Shown: piece after piece, positions 38,531 through 53,312 of the stretch | Position numbering within the stretch: the stretch's first letter is position 1 | How the letters are laid out: the number at the start of each line of letters is the position of its first letter | From: the human T2T-CHM13v2.0 reference genome, Homo sapiens | Direction: 5' to 3' (one strand) | Length of the DNA: 64,000 nucleotides | NCBI RefSeq assembly: GCF_009914755.1 | Contig: NC_060925.1 | Notes under the pieces: model-generated | Databases searched by the model: none | Seen by the model: only the letters and a program-made list of their open reading frames with translations | What the model was told of the DNA's origin: nothing | Position numbers and translations under genes: made by a program

Positions 38531-40979
38531 GCCTTAGTGCATTTGCATTGTTATAAAGGAATACCTGAAGCTGGGTAATTTATAAAGAAAAGATGTGTAT
38601 TTGGCTCAAGGTTCCACAGGTTGCACAAGAAGAATGGTGCCAGCATATCCATCTGGGAAGGGCTTCAAATCACTTCTACTCATGGTGGAAGCCAATGGGA
38701 GCAGGTATAAGCAGAGATCACATGGTGAGAGAGATGAAGGAGGAGAGAGAGGGAAGGAAGATGCCAGGCTCTTTTTAACAAGCAGCTCTTGCAGGAACTA
38801 ATAGAGTGAGAACTCACCCATTACCAGGAGGATGGCACCAAGCATGAGGGATCTACCCCCATGACACAAACACTTCCCACTAGGCCCACCTCTTAACATT
38901 GGGAATAAAATTTCAACATGATATCCAAAGTATGTAATCCTTTCCCTGGTTCCCCAAATCTCATGTCCTTTTCATATTGCAAAATGCAATCATTCTATCC
39001 CAACAGTCACCTAAAATTTTAGCTTGTTCCAGCATCAACTCAGAAGTCCAAAGTCCAAAGTCTCATCTGATACTCAAGGGAAGTTACTTACAGCTGGGAG
39101 CCTGTACCATCAAAGACAAATTATTTATTTCCAAGATACAATGTTTGTACAGGCACTGGGTTAACAGTCCGATTCCAAAAGGGAGGAATTGGACAAAAGA
39201 ATGGGGTAACAAGCCCCATGCAAGTCCAAAACTCAGTAGGGCAGACGTTAAACCTTAAAGCTCCAAACAATCCTTGACTCTATGTCCCACATCCAGAGCA
39301 CACCGGTGCAAGGGGTGGGCTCCTAAGGCCTTAGGCAGTGCTGTCCCCACAGCTTTGCTGGGCAGCACACATGGTTGATCTCATGAGTTGGAGTCCAATG
39401 CCTGCAGCTTTTCCAAGCTGAGGGTACATGCTGCTGGTGGGTCTATAATTCTGGGATCTTGAGGATGGCAGCCCCATTCCCACAGCTTCATTAAGCAATA
39501 CCCCAGTGGGGACTCTGTGTAGGGGGCTTTTACCCTACATTTCCCTGCCACACTGCCCTAGTAGAGGTTCTCTGTGGGGGCTCCACCCTGCAGCAAGCTT
39601 CTGCCTGGGCACTCAAGCTTTCTGATATATCCTCTGAAATCTAGGTGGAAGCTGCCAAGCCTCCATCACCCTTGCATTCTGCATGCCTGAAGACTTAACA
39701 CCATATGGAAATTACCAAGGCTTATTAAGGCTTATACCCTCCAGACAGACAATTGGAGAAATAACTGGCCGGAGCTAAAAGCAGCAGGGACTGGGGGGTA
39801 GTGTCCTGAGGTGGTATAGGGCAGTGGTGCCCTGGGCCATTCCCCTGAAACCACTCTGACCTCCTAGGTCTCTGGGTCTGTGATGGGAAAGGTGGTCTTG
39901 AAGGTTTCTGAAACACCTTCAGGACCTTTTTCCCATTGTCTTGACTATTAGCACCTGGCTCCCTTTTATCCATGTTAATCTCTCTAGCAAGCAATAGATC
40001 AGCCACATCCTTGGATTTCATCTAAAAGTGCTTTTTCCTTCCTACTACATAGGCAGGCTGAGAACTTTCCAAAATTTTCTGCTCTGTTTCCCTTTTAAAT
40101 ATAAATTCCAACTTAAGCTCATTCCTTTGCTCCCATATCTGATTATAGGCTGTTAGAAGCAGCTACACCACTTCTTGAGTGCTTTGCTGCTTAGAAATTT
40201 CTTCTACCAGATAACCTTCATCATCATCACTATTAAATTCAGCCTTCCACAAATCCCTAGGACATGGACACAATGCTGCCGAGATATTTGTTAAGGCATA
40301 ACAAAAGTGATCTTTGCTCCAGTTCCCACTAAGTTCCTCACTTTCATTTGAGACCTTGTCAGCTGGGCTTCACTATCCTTATTTCTATCAGGAGTCTGGT
40401 CACAACCAATTAGCCAGTCTCTAAGAAGTTCCAAACTTTCCCTTGTCTTTTTGTCTTTTGAGCCCTCCAAACTCTTCCAAACTCTGTCCATTATCCAGTT
40501 CTAAGGCTGCTTCCCCATTTTCAGGTATTTTTATTGCAATGCTCCACTCCTCAGTACCAATTTTCTGTCTATGATGCTATAAAGGATACTGGAGGCTGGG
40601 TAATTTATAAAGAAAAAAGGTTTATTTGGCTCACAGTTCTGCAGGCTGTACAAGAAGCGTTGCACCAGCATCTACTTCTGACAAGGGCCTCAGGCTGCTT
40701 CCACTCATGGCAGAAGGGAAAGAGGAGTCATTGTGTGCAGACATCACATGGTGAGAGAGAGGAAGCAACGGAACTTGGGGAGGTGCCAAGTTCTTTTTAA
40801 CAATCAGTTCCAGGGGAACTAATAGAGTGAGCACTCACTCATTACTCTGAGGATGGCACCAAGCCTTTCATGAAAGATCTGCCCCCATGACCCAAACACC
40901 TCCCACTAGGCTTCACCTCCAACACTGGGGGTCAAATTTCAACATGAGATCTGGAGAGACAAACATCCAAACTATATCA
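38531..40979 (-). mobile_element. Complete MaLR provirus: MSTB-like LTR, MST-int, LTR; inserted into a MIR
   Basis: LTRs at ~38531-38930 and ~40565-40979 flank ~1.6 kb of MST-int; TSD ctcca/ctcaa; MIR halves on both sides. Confidence 0.92.
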
Positions 40980-41870
40980 CTCAACTTCTACAACTTCTGG
41001 TTCCTTGTCTGTAAATTGGAGATCACAATTGTGACTATCTCATAGGGTTGATATGATGATTAAATGAAATAATACATATAAACAGCCTTAATGAAAAGCC
41101 TGACACAAAGTGATCCCTCAATCTTAGTTATGTGCCATTACTACTATTGTTAAGAAAAAATAAACTTTCTCTTGAACACCAGTCTTATAAATACAAGTCA
41201 TATAAATAGACAGTAATTGTCATTAAACTATGAGATTACAGAAATAATGTGAATGAAAAAGTCATTATATAAAAATAATTGTAAGCCTTGTTCACAGTGA
41301 CCCATGAAAAAATGCAATTGGAATCATAAAAGGAAACAACACACTAAATTTGCCTCATTTTTCTGAGTACCATTTCAAAATCTGTTGTCCAGAATCATTA
41401 GAATACTTAATAAAGTGTAAAATGACATGTTACATGAAAAAATCATGAAAATGTCATTATAACAACCCAGAGCCATCTCCTCTTTGGCTTATCTGGATGT
41501 AGCACCCAGTAAATCCTAGTAGATAGTAATACTCTAGGACCACCAATGGCTCTCTGAAAAATGTCACAAAGGAGAAAGTGTCACCTTCACTGTGCTCCTG
41601 ATGAAGCTATTTCTATCTACTTTCAGTGTGGAGTATTTGGCATCCTGACTGACAGTCTGTTTAAAGTTCACCGGCCCAGGATTCACTTAAAGGAATTCAA
41701 ATAGACGACCCCTAAGAGGCTATGTAGCAAAATGATTACATTCACAGGTTTTGAAATTAAACAACTTGGTTCAAATCCTTTTTCTGATAGTTGCTAGTTG
41801 ATTGGGAAAGATATTACACTCTGAGCCTCAGTTTCCTCACCCATAAAATGATCATTAACAGTTGTTTTTA

Positions 41871-42075
41871 GGCCAGGTGTGGTGGCTCACACCTGTAATC
41901 CCAGCACTTTGGGAGGCTGAGGCAGGAGGATACCTTGAGCCCAGGAGTTCGAGATCAGCCTGGACAATAAAGTGAGACCCTGTCTCTACTAAAAATGAAA
42001 ATTAAATGCACTCCAGCCTGGGCAACAGAGTGAGATCCTGTCTCAAAACAAACAAACAAACAAACAAAAACAAAC
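41871..42075 (+). mobile_element. AluJ with most of the right arm deleted, inside a MIR
   Basis: Left arm and linker jump directly to tgcactccagcctggg; (caaa)n tail. Confidence 0.9.
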
Positions 42076-43204
42076 TGGAAAAAATAAAAATAAAAGTTGT
42101 TTTTATCTCAAAGCGTTGTGATGAATAAAATGATGTTTATAAAGCTCTTAGCATGGTGACCTACTCAGTAAATGTTCAATAAATATTATTTACTAACTAT
42201 TAAATTTTAGTCTGGGAGTCTAGACAATCCCATACAGAAGTCTCAGAATACCAACTCTGTGCTACTTCCAGCACTGCTGAGTTATCCATTCACTGAACAG
42301 ATGTGTGTTGAGTGGCTGATGCTGTCTCAGACCCTGTGCTCAATGCTTTACTCACTTAGTTGAAATCCTCTCATCATGATGGGCTTTATAAGAGATTGTG
42401 AGCTCTGTGAGGCTAGAGTCTCTACTCTGATGTTGATGGCTATATAACCATGTAATGTACGGGGACTGGCACAGTGCCTACCAAACAGGAGATGCTAACA
42501 AGTTTTATGGAATGAATAAATGAGCAAAGGATGAATGAATACGACACAAGGAAGATTAACTCCTTGACCTAGGGGAACTCATGTTCTAGTTGGGAGTTGG
42601 AATTAGCTCCCTAAAAGACAATGGAAGCAAAAAGTGTTAGAGAGGGAATTTTAGAGCCCACCATGCTAGTGGGCTCACCATTAGTAAAATATCAACAATT
42701 TCTGTTACAGTTATGCTAATGTAATTCAGTGATAAGAGCAAAAGAATGCATAATCCAAGTTGACGATTCTAGAAGACCTCAACTTCTAACGAAAAACAGA
42801 AGCATCTTTTTTACTACTTATCATAGGAAAATAAATTCTAGTCGTTTTTATATCTGAAGTCAAAAGATAGAAAGAAATATGTGGTCGCATATCTTTCTAT
42901 GTTAAGTCAAGCCCAGTCCTGCCTCAGTGTCCTCACCCTATTTGCTGGTGGTTAGGGGTGTCAATCACCACCTCCCACCTCTTCTCTACCTTATGGCTAA
43001 TTAGGAAGAGACAAATGACAAATAGGGATCATATATCAGCTTTATCCGGGGTCCCTTGGTAATGGCCAAATTGGAGAACTGGCAAGATCTCCTACCTTCT
43101 AGTTAGAACTGAACACAGCCTGATCTGCAATTAGAGTGAATCTGATTTAAAACCCAACTGCACCATCCTCTACTCCACACACCTGTCCCAAGACATTCTA
43201 CAGC

Positions 43205-43432
43205 GTATGTGGGGATTATAGGAACTACAAGATGAGATTTGGGTAGGGACACAGCCAAACCATGTCACCTACTGACCTCCAGGAAAGGGAAGGGGGAAGG
43301 ACTGGAGATTAGACTCCATAAAAACTTCTGAATAACAAGATTTGATAAGCTTTGGGGTTGGGGAACACATGGATATGCTGGGATGTAAGGTACCCAAAGA
43401 GGGCATGGGGTTGCCACACCCACCCCCATACC
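43205..43432. mobile_element. THE1 LTR terminal fragment (43205-43267) abutting a MER21-like LTR fragment
   Basis: gatgagatttgggtagggacacagccaaaccatgtca, then gacctccagga...ggactggagatt...gagggcatgg. Confidence 0.7.
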
Positions 43433-43570
43433 ACAGTGCCAGCTTCTTAGACGGTAGTCACAGTAAGTGGTTATTACTGCAGGGGCCTCTTTATTTGTTC
43501 TCTTCTTGAGCACTGAGATCTTAGAGCCAAAGCCATCCTAGCTCTGAGAGACCCAAAATCCAACATAAAA

Positions 43571-44700
43571 ATGGGATCCTTAATTTCTAAACATCTGACA
43601 ACTCTGCCTTCCAGTATGCCTGCCTTTTTCACGTACAGAATTATGGCTCAGGAAGCTGCAAATATCAAATCTTACTACAGATAATATAGAATTATAATGG
43701 CTACTATGCAGAATGTTCCAGATGAACAAGACCATTCATATAACTGTACTTGAATCCCAAGTTTCTATAATTAGGCAGAGAGAATGGAATTGTTATTCTA
43801 ATTGGCATTCAGAAGCCTCAAGCAGACAACAGGATTCTAAAATTGCTTTTTAAAAAAATTCATTGCAAAGAGCTAATAAAAAGTTACAAATGTGAGATAT
43901 CATCCATACGAAGGACAGTAATATTAACCTGACTTATTCTGCTCCCCTCTGTCTTAAATGCCTTCCTTTTCTGAAAACACAATTAAATGCTTTCTTTATA
44001 AGAAAAACCACCCCAAATTCAGGAAGTAATCCCTGAGTGACTTATACTCTTCGGACAAAAACAGAGCCAAGGGCCATAGTTTAAAAAGTTCCTAAACCTA
44101 CAGAAGACCTCCAAATATTTTCTGAAGAGAAGCCAGGTGTAGTGGCACATGCCTATAACCCCAGCTACTTGGGAGGCTGAGGTGGGAGGATCACTTCAGC
44201 CCAGGAGTTTGAGGCTGCAGTGAGTTACGATTATGTCACTGCACTCCAGCCTGGGCGACAGAGTGAGACCCCATCTCTAAATAAATAAATAAATATAGAA
44301 AAATGTAGGAAAAATTTAGGGTCTTCACTGAAACTTATAACCCCAGGATATCTGAGCTCAACCAACTAATACACATATTGGTGAGAATTAGAGAAGCCCC
44401 AAAATGGGTGAAAGATGCAGAATGGTATTACCTGACAAGCCCTGCCTGGTCCATTATGGAAAGCAGGGAAAAACTGCAAATAACTTTTTGAAAGCCATTA
44501 CCAAAGTGTTTCAGTTGGATGGCAAACAACAACCTAGGCTGGCCTTTTGGCCTGCTCTGGGGCATTTCTTTAATAAATGGCTGAAAAAACAGTTTCCAAA
44601 AAACTGTTGGTATTGGTGCAAACAAGCAGGACATTGGAAAAGAGACTGCCCCAAATATTTCCAGGGAAAACATTATAAACAGGCTGTCTACCCTCTGATA
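43571..44700 (+). pseudogene. ERV gag remnant
   Basis: MGSLISK myristoylation-type start at 43571; capsid-like FPKPTED...FR...TYNP..SELNQLIHILV; zinc knuckle CWYWCKQAGHWKRDC at 44605-44649. Confidence 0.85.
44131..44296 (+). mobile_element. FRAM / Alu right monomer inserted in gag
   Basis: Single Alu monomer with a (taaa)n tail. Confidence 0.9.
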
Positions 44701-44793
44701 ATCTCCACATTGACCACCAGGATTGACAGGCCTTTGGGGGAAGCTCCAGTTGTTATCCTGTAGGTAGACACCAGAACTGTGATTTCTACTTTA

Positions 44794-44887
44794 TCTATTT
44801 ATTTTTTTTAATTTTTTTTTCAATAGGTTTTGGGGAACAGGTGGTGTTTGGTTACATGAATAAGTTCTTTAGTGGTGATTTCTGAGA
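44794..44887 (-). mobile_element. L1PB extreme 3' fragment
   Basis: T-rich tail then tcaataggttttggggaacaggtggtgtttgg; TSD ttctacttta / ttctacatta. Confidence 0.85.
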
Positions 44888-44904
44888 TTCTACATTAAAC
44901 TCCA

Positions 44905-46095
<1,191 letters not shown>

Positions 46096-46904
46096 TTAAA
46101 CTCCACTTGTGGGGACAGTCTCTCCCTCAAAATAAAAAACAAAATTTCAGTTGTGAGGAATATCAAATCCAGTTCTATCCATGAGTCCAGGCAAAGAAAA
46201 TGCCTTCTTTGTCCTATTCATTAGAGGGCTCTACCCTGAAGACAGTGATCCAATTAATAAACAATCTAAAATGACCACCTATTGTACTAAATTGGTCTCT
46301 AAAATACAACTTTCTAACATTTAGCTGGCTATTTAAAAACCCCTTGTAAAAGAAATTTACATCTATGAAGAAAATCTCCATTTCTAAGGGCTTCTCTTTC
46401 TTTGCACCTAAAACCATTAGAAATTTTTACAGTGAGAAAGACATTGGCTTAAAATTCACATAACAAACCTTAACTGTGTTTATAGTACTTTTCCTGCCTA
46501 TCCTGTCTTATGGGGTCTTAATCTTTGCCCTTGTCTCAGCAAATAATGGTGTTTAGATCTCAGTTGTGTGCTTTGAGATGTAAATTTTCTACATTGTCTC
46601 ACCTAAGAGTCATGTCTTTGGAATGACAAATTTAGGGTTGCCTAGCTAACAATAATTTAAAACAGCAGAACAGGTAATCAGGAGATTGATAATCTAAAGA
46701 AGAAAGAGAAACTATTGAAAAACTGGCAAATAGAGAATCTTATAAAAGCTCTAAGATCTGCTTCTGGCTGTGTGTCTGTATGTCTACATGTGTTATATGT
46801 ATGTGATATTTTGCTACCAAAATATATGAAAAAGCTTTAATTAATTGGCTTAAAGAAAAAGTAAGTGACAAAATATAATATTTCATCAGAAAAACTGCAC
46901 TAAA

Positions 46905-47313
46905 TGCTATGGTTTGCTGTGTGTCTGCACTAAAATTCGTGTTGAAATTTAACTGCCAATATAACAATGTGGGGAGGTAAAGTCTTTAAGAGATGATTAG
47001 GTCAATCACATAGATTAATGTCTTTCTCATGAGACTGGGTTAATTCCACAAGACTGGATTAGTTCTCAAAGGAAAACAGGTTGTTATAAGGTGAGGTCAC
47101 GCCTGTGTTTTATCCCCTTTCCATGCCTGCTTTCCCTTCTGTTTCTCCACCATGTTATGATGCAACATGAGACACTCACCAGAAGCTGACCAGATGGGCT
47201 GCCCCGTCTTGGACTTTCCAGCCTCTAGAATAATGAGCTAAATAAACCACTTTTCTTTACAAATTACCAAGTCTTTGGTATTTTGTTATAGCAAAAGAAA
47301 ACAGGCTAAGAGA
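46905..47313 (+). mobile_element. MST (C/D-like) solo LTR
   Basis: tgctatggtttg...ccagcctctagaataatgagctaaataaacc...ggctaagaga. Confidence 0.85.
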
Positions 47314-48200
47314 CTAACTCAAATACCTTTCAGTTCATGTGACAGGTAAATCTTTGGTAAATAAGGCTAGTTCAATAAAACAGTGTGTCTTCTGACCAAC
47401 AAAATAACCTCATATTTAACTTTAGGGCTCTTGTTTAGGTAGCAACTAACATTGGCATACTGTAAAAATGGTTAACAAGGAAATAACTTGAGATAGTGGC
47501 TAGCTTTGTTTAACGACCAATTGAAGCATAATTTTTAAGAACAAGTAAATTAGGTGAAAGTAAATGAGTTAAAGGTTTTAAATAAACTCTTCATAGTTTC
47601 AAAAATCTTAAAGTAACATAATCTTAAAGTCATATGATTAAGTAACATTCCTGAAATGTCAGCCATTTCCAAGTAAGTTAGAATACTGACCCATTAATTG
47701 CTAAAAATGATTAAAGTATAGATACTTTGTCATCTTGTGTTGTTATAAAATGTTGGCATATGATAGTTCAAAATTGCTTACTTCCTAGGTTTCACTAGAA
47801 ATTAAGGTTACTAAAAGTTAAAAATTCTAATTAATATATGTAATTCTATATGCAAAGTATACCAAGAGACAGTAAAATGTGTTTTGGGTGAAAAAAATTA
47901 TAAATAGTCATGAGAATATATTTTTGTAGAAAAGAGTTATTTCAGCTAATTCAAAGGTTAAAGGCTTTTCACAATAAAGATTTATGGAGAAAATGGAAAC
48001 AAGGCAGGAAGGAACTATTAAGTAGGAAAAAGAGATACAAAAAAGTTGTAAGTCTGAGAATATATTTTTGGTAAAGAAAGTTGAAAACAGACTAATTTTT
48101 TTGAATGACAATTCTGTGTGGTCAGAAAGATGAGGGAAAAAGAAAAGTAAATTTTTGCCCGAAGGTAGAATGACTGGTTGTTTCAATATGAAAACGAGGA

Positions 48201-48510
<310 letters not shown>

Positions 48511-49014
48511 GTGAAGGTTTGAGCAAGCTGCACGAGGTCTTTGCAAGTTTTAGAAGATTTATGGAAGATGAATCTTATGAAAGGAATTTTGAGTGTGATC
48601 AAGTTGGCTAAAATTAAAAAAGAATTGTTTTTAGGTTTTTCTAAAAATTAAGCTTTATTTTTAAAATTTTAAAACAAGGTTTTCTTGACGTGTACTGATC
48701 TTTTCTTATTAAAAAAATTGTGAGACTTTTTAGGTATGTGGCCTAGAAAAGAAAGATTCTGTATTTTGTCAAAATAATTTCTGTGCTTCATGTTTTCTTT
48801 CTTAGGTCATTAATTACTTAGGAAAACTGAGTCTCCTCTTTATTATAAGAGTTAAGATTTTCTACAGCTATGTAACTTCTTTTGAAGTATTTTAATTATC
48901 ATTGTGGCTAAATGAGTATTATATTCAAACACTTGATCAAAAATGTGATCCTATTTTTGATCAAGTGTTTGAATCTTTTTGACAAACTTCCCAAAATGAA
49001 ATTCTAAGTCTCCT

Positions 49015-49419
49015 TGTCTTAGTCCCTTTAGAGCTGCTATAAAGGAATACCTAAGGCTGGATAATTTATGAAGAAAAGAGGTTTACTTGACTCACAGTTT
49101 TGCTGGCTGGAAGACTGGGCATCTGACAAAAGCCTCAGGAAGCTTCCACTTATGGCAGAAAGCAAAAGGGAGTCACAGTACAGAGATCACATGGCCACAG
49201 AGGGAGCAAGAGAGGAGTGGGGAGGTGACAGGCTCTTTTAAACAACCAGCTCTCACAGGAACTAATAGAATGGAAACTCACTCATCGCAAAGAAGACACC
49301 AAGCCATTCACGAGGGATCCATCCCCATGACCCAAACACCTCCCATTAAGCCCCACCTCCAGCATTGGGGATCAAATTTCAACATGAGATTTGGGGGACA
49401 AACATCCAAACCACAGCCA
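49015..49419 (-). mobile_element. MSTB-like solo LTR
   Basis: tgtcttagtc...gctgctataaaggaatacct...caaacatccaaacc. Confidence 0.88.
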
Positions 49420-49561
49420 CCTGGAAGTCCAAAAGAGAGATATTAAACCAATTAGGTTTATTTGATATGTTAAATTATATAGGAAATATTGTCAATAAGA
49501 GATAACGTTTAACCGTCTTTTCCTTACATTTGTATAGATACGATATTAAAATATTTATTCA

Positions 49562-49859
49562 GGCCAGGTGTGGTGGCTCACACCTGCAATTCCTGCACTT
49601 TGGGAGGCTGAAGTGGGCAGATTGCTTGAGTCCGGGAGTTCAAGACCACCCTGGGCAACATGGTAAAACCCTATTGCTATAAGAAATACAAAGAATAACC
49701 AGGCATGGTGGCACACAGGTGTAGTCCTAGCTACTCGGGAGGCTGAGAGGTGGGAGGATCGCCTGAGCCCAGGAGGCAGAGGCTGCAGTGAGCCATGATC
49801 ACATCACTGCACTCCAGGCTGGGTGATAGTGTGAGACCCTGTCTTAAAAAAAAAAAAAA
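49562..49859 (+). mobile_element. AluJ
   Basis: Full dimer with A tail. Confidence 0.96.
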
Positions 49860-50575
49860 GTTTTTTCAAAATTGCATTAAATTTCTAGAAATCAATCATA
49901 ATTTTGGTTATTATGTTAAAATGTTGTATGCCACAGAAATAACACAATTTCTTTGTCAGCTGCATCATTATAGACTCTCATCAGGTTTTCAATGATGGCT
50001 ATTTTAAGTCTTATTGTCCTCAGTTAATTGCTTTATTCTGATGCTGTTCTGAAAGCTTTTTGCAAGAACCATAATCTTCAAAGAAGTTCATGGAAAGAAT
50101 GGAAAAAATTCTGACAAGTACAGGTTTGTGACAACTTTGAGATAGCACTGGATTGGGTAAGAATTTGTAGAACTCTAAGAAAGAAACTGGTAGTTTAGTG
50201 AAACTATCAACTAAGATCAAACAGAGCAAGAATTAATTACATTAGACTGAAAAACTGATAAGGAAAAAGTAAGGGTTTTTATTGCTTTTTTATTTAAAAC
50301 ATTGCTGGTTCTCTTAATGTTTTATTTTCCAGATTTAAGAAAACGATTTTTTAAAGCTATCTCTAGCTCACAATGGTTTGGTAGAGTACACTTTTATAAA
50401 CAAAAATTGAAACATTCCATCTTTCTCCTTAATATGATTATTTTCATAAGCTCAATAAGAATTTGCTCTCTGTATTACACAATACAATTGGAAACACTGG
50501 TTTAATTACCAAGGCTTTGACTGAAATGTAATATTTGAGAATTAATAGAATGCCTCGCTTCAAGGATTCCCAGTG

Positions 50576-50868
50576 TGATACAGTTTGGATGTTTATCCCC
50601 TCTAAATCTCATGCTGAAATCTGATCCCCAGTGTTGAAGGTAGGGCCTGGTGGGAGGCCTCTCTCGCTATGTGACTCTACTGACTCCCCTAGCCTCCTAC
50701 CATAAGTAAAAGCTTTCTGAGCCCCTCACCGGAAGTTGAGGAGATGCTGGTGCCATGCTTCTTATATAGCCTGCAGAGCTGTAAGCCAAATAAACCTCTT
50801 TTTTTTTTTTTTCATAAATTACCCAGTCTCACATATTCCTTTATAGCAACACAAAGTGGACTTACACA
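50576..50868 (+). mobile_element. MSTB-like LTR with an internal deletion
   Basis: tgatacagtttggatgttt...gatgctggtgccatgcttc...aaataaacctct. Confidence 0.85.
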
Positions 50869-51529
50869 CAGCATTACAGTGAGTGAGTAAAAAGTTGTCA
50901 CTTCCTGGCAGGCCTAGGAACCTCAAGACACTAGATAACCATAGACAAAGTAGACAAAGTCTGATGTCGGCCTTGGTTTGGCTTCCTAGTGATGAGAGGT
51001 TTTTAAAAGTATAATCTGAGATTGTTTGTCAAAATTTCCAGCAAATCAAATTTAAAAAGAACTGTGTGGTTATTCTTGCTGTACTTATATACAAATAATC
51101 AGGTGAAGTTTAATGAGACGAAACTTATTTTGCAAACAAATTAGTCTTACTCTGATTATCTTTGGTAGAAATGGGGGTGATTATAGACAGAAAAATTATG
51201 TTGCAAAAGAAAAACTATAGTACACCTTTTAGTAGATTGCAGCCTTGTTCACTTTTTCCCTAGACTGGACTGGATCCTGAATTCTTTTAGTGCACTACCT
51301 CCAGTATCTAGCTTCAACTCTTCAACTAAGAGCAAAAGTGCTAAGCTGGACAACTTGATAGAAATTTCAAGGGACAAGTCTCATGTGTGATGTGCGTGCC
51401 ATACAGAGAGTTCACCAGAATATCTAACGCCACAACCAGGGACATTCAAACTGCAAACCAGGTTGAGAATTTGCTAACTGCATGCCGTGGACAGCTTTTC
51501 CCAAGGCCATCAGACGAAGACTTCTTATG

Positions 51530-52200
51530 ATATTCTTACCCCTCTTAATTTTTCCTTGCTTATGCCTACTTCTTTCGCTTGGCAGAATAAGGCTATGGTT
51601 AAAGTTTCACAATCCTTAGTTTTTGTGAGTAATCTGACAGCATGTTGAATCTGTTATGTCAAATCTGAATCTTTAAAAAACCTGAGATCCTTTAGTCCAC
51701 CTAGTGGGTAACTTCAGCAACATCCCTAATATCCCTAATGCAACTGTTTGTTCAAATTGTACTAGTGATCTCTTTTATAGAGTTAGTACTGTCTGTTTTA
51801 ATTTAACCCATTCCTGGAATGCTATATGATAGAACTGCTACCGACTAAATGAATAGGGAGAAATCTGTGCAATTGCTAATACTTCTTGTTACCCATAGAT
51901 ATAATGAGTATCCGGCCTGGCTCATTCTTTGATCTATTTAATTTCAGTTGGTTTAGTTTATGGGGATCCTAGATAAAGGAGCATACTCCAAACTCCTGGC
52001 ATTATCCTTTTGATAGTCATAATAGTAGTTTCTCTGGTACACTATATCCTCTCGAAAAGTTTTAAAGGTTGCACACAGCCATTCATCAAACACCAAAGAG
52101 TCTCTTTTCTGCTGGAATGACAAAAACTCAAATAAATGCATGATGATGAGTACACCATAACCTATGAATGACTTGTAGAGACCAGAAACCCAGCATGATA
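51530..52200 (+). pseudogene. Gamma-type env remnant, internally deleted
   Basis: NLTAC*IC (CWIC motif with TGG>TGA) at 51631-51654; GEICAIANTSCY (degenerate CX6CC) at 51857-51892; hydrophobic TM-like stretch at ~51990-52050. Confidence 0.75.
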
Positions 52201-52274
52201 ATAAGAGTAGCATTAATGCCCTTAGTTTTGGTCATGCACTCACCCAGGTGAAAGCATGACTGAAAGGGGAAAAT

Positions 52275-52803
52275 TGTTAAATACAAAATATAGGAGGCCA
52301 TTGTTTTGGACTAAGCTTCTGCACTAGGCCCCACAGCTCCTGCATTAGGCCCCAACAGATTTGACTAAAAATCAAAATGGAGTTATCCATGCTGAAGTTC
52401 CACATCACCAAACTGAAACTAAGTTGTTATATAACATTCCAAGAAAGCAGGAGAGAGAGATAGCAGCCAATTTCCCAAATAGGCCAATTTCAATCTTCAA
52501 TCAGTAGGATAATAGTTTCCTCTGTTTTAATCCTTAAAAGTAACCTGATGCTAACCAATCTTTCTATTTTTCTGCCTCCCTGTCCCTGCCTTTCAAGGAA
52601 AGTAACTTTGAAATAATCAATCTGTTTTTTGTTCTTCATTTTTGCTTTCCTTAGCCCTTTCTGTCTATAAAACCAACCCCTTCTGTTCAACTCACTGGCA
52701 AATTTATTGTATTTTATGGCATAAAATGTTGCCTGATTCTAGAATTGCAATAAAGCCAACCGTGATCTTTAAAACTAAATCTATTGTAATTTTGTTCTTG
52801 AAA
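52275..52803 (+). mobile_element. MER31-like ERV1 3' LTR
   Basis: tgttaaatacaaaatataggaggccattgttttggact directly after the PPT; TATAAAA at ~52667 and AATAAA at 52749. Confidence 0.8.
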
Positions 52804-52970
52804 TGCCCAAGTGGACTCAAATATTTTTTTCTTTGGAGAATCTTGGCCTTGTTTTGCTGCATCCCAGCCAATTGTTTAGCAAAAAAACCTTGAGCTCACT
52901 GGCATTATTTATCAAAAACAATCAGGGAGGAATGCCTGAAGGACACATAGTCTACTCTTGCAGGAATTCC

Positions 52971-53312
52971 TTTCTTTTCTTTTCTTTTTTTTCTTTTTTT
53001 TTTTTTTTTTTTTTTTTGAGATGGAGTCTCAATCTGTTGCCCAGGCTGGAAGTAACAGTGGTGCAATCTCGACTCACTGCAACCTCCACCTCCTGAGTTC
53101 AAGCAATTCTCCTGCCTCAATCTCCTGAGTAGCTGGGATTACAGGTGTGTGCCACTATGCCCAGCTTTTTTTGTTGTTGTTTTTTGTATTTTTAGTAGAG
53201 AGAGGGTTTTGCCCTGTTGGCCAAGCTGGTCTTGACTTCCTGATCTCGGGTGATCTGCCTACCTGGGCTTCCCGAAGTGCTGGGATTACGACTTGAGCCA
53301 CTGTGCCTGGCC
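52971..53312 (-). mobile_element. AluS
   Basis: TSD tactcttgcag(g/a)aattc. Confidence 0.96.

Noticed and set aside
42867-42900. Small hairpin atagaaaga...tctttctat as a pre-miRNA
   Set aside because: Only ~34 nt, too short for a Drosha substrate, and expected by chance in AT-rich DNA.
44404-44763. 119-aa zinc-knuckle ORF as a domesticated gag-derived gene
   Set aside because: A frame-mosaic fragment of a heavily disrupted gag, with no promoter or splice support.
51530-52200. Syncytin-like captured env
   Set aside because: Stop codon in the CWIC motif, mutated CX6CC, large internal deletion, no long ORF.
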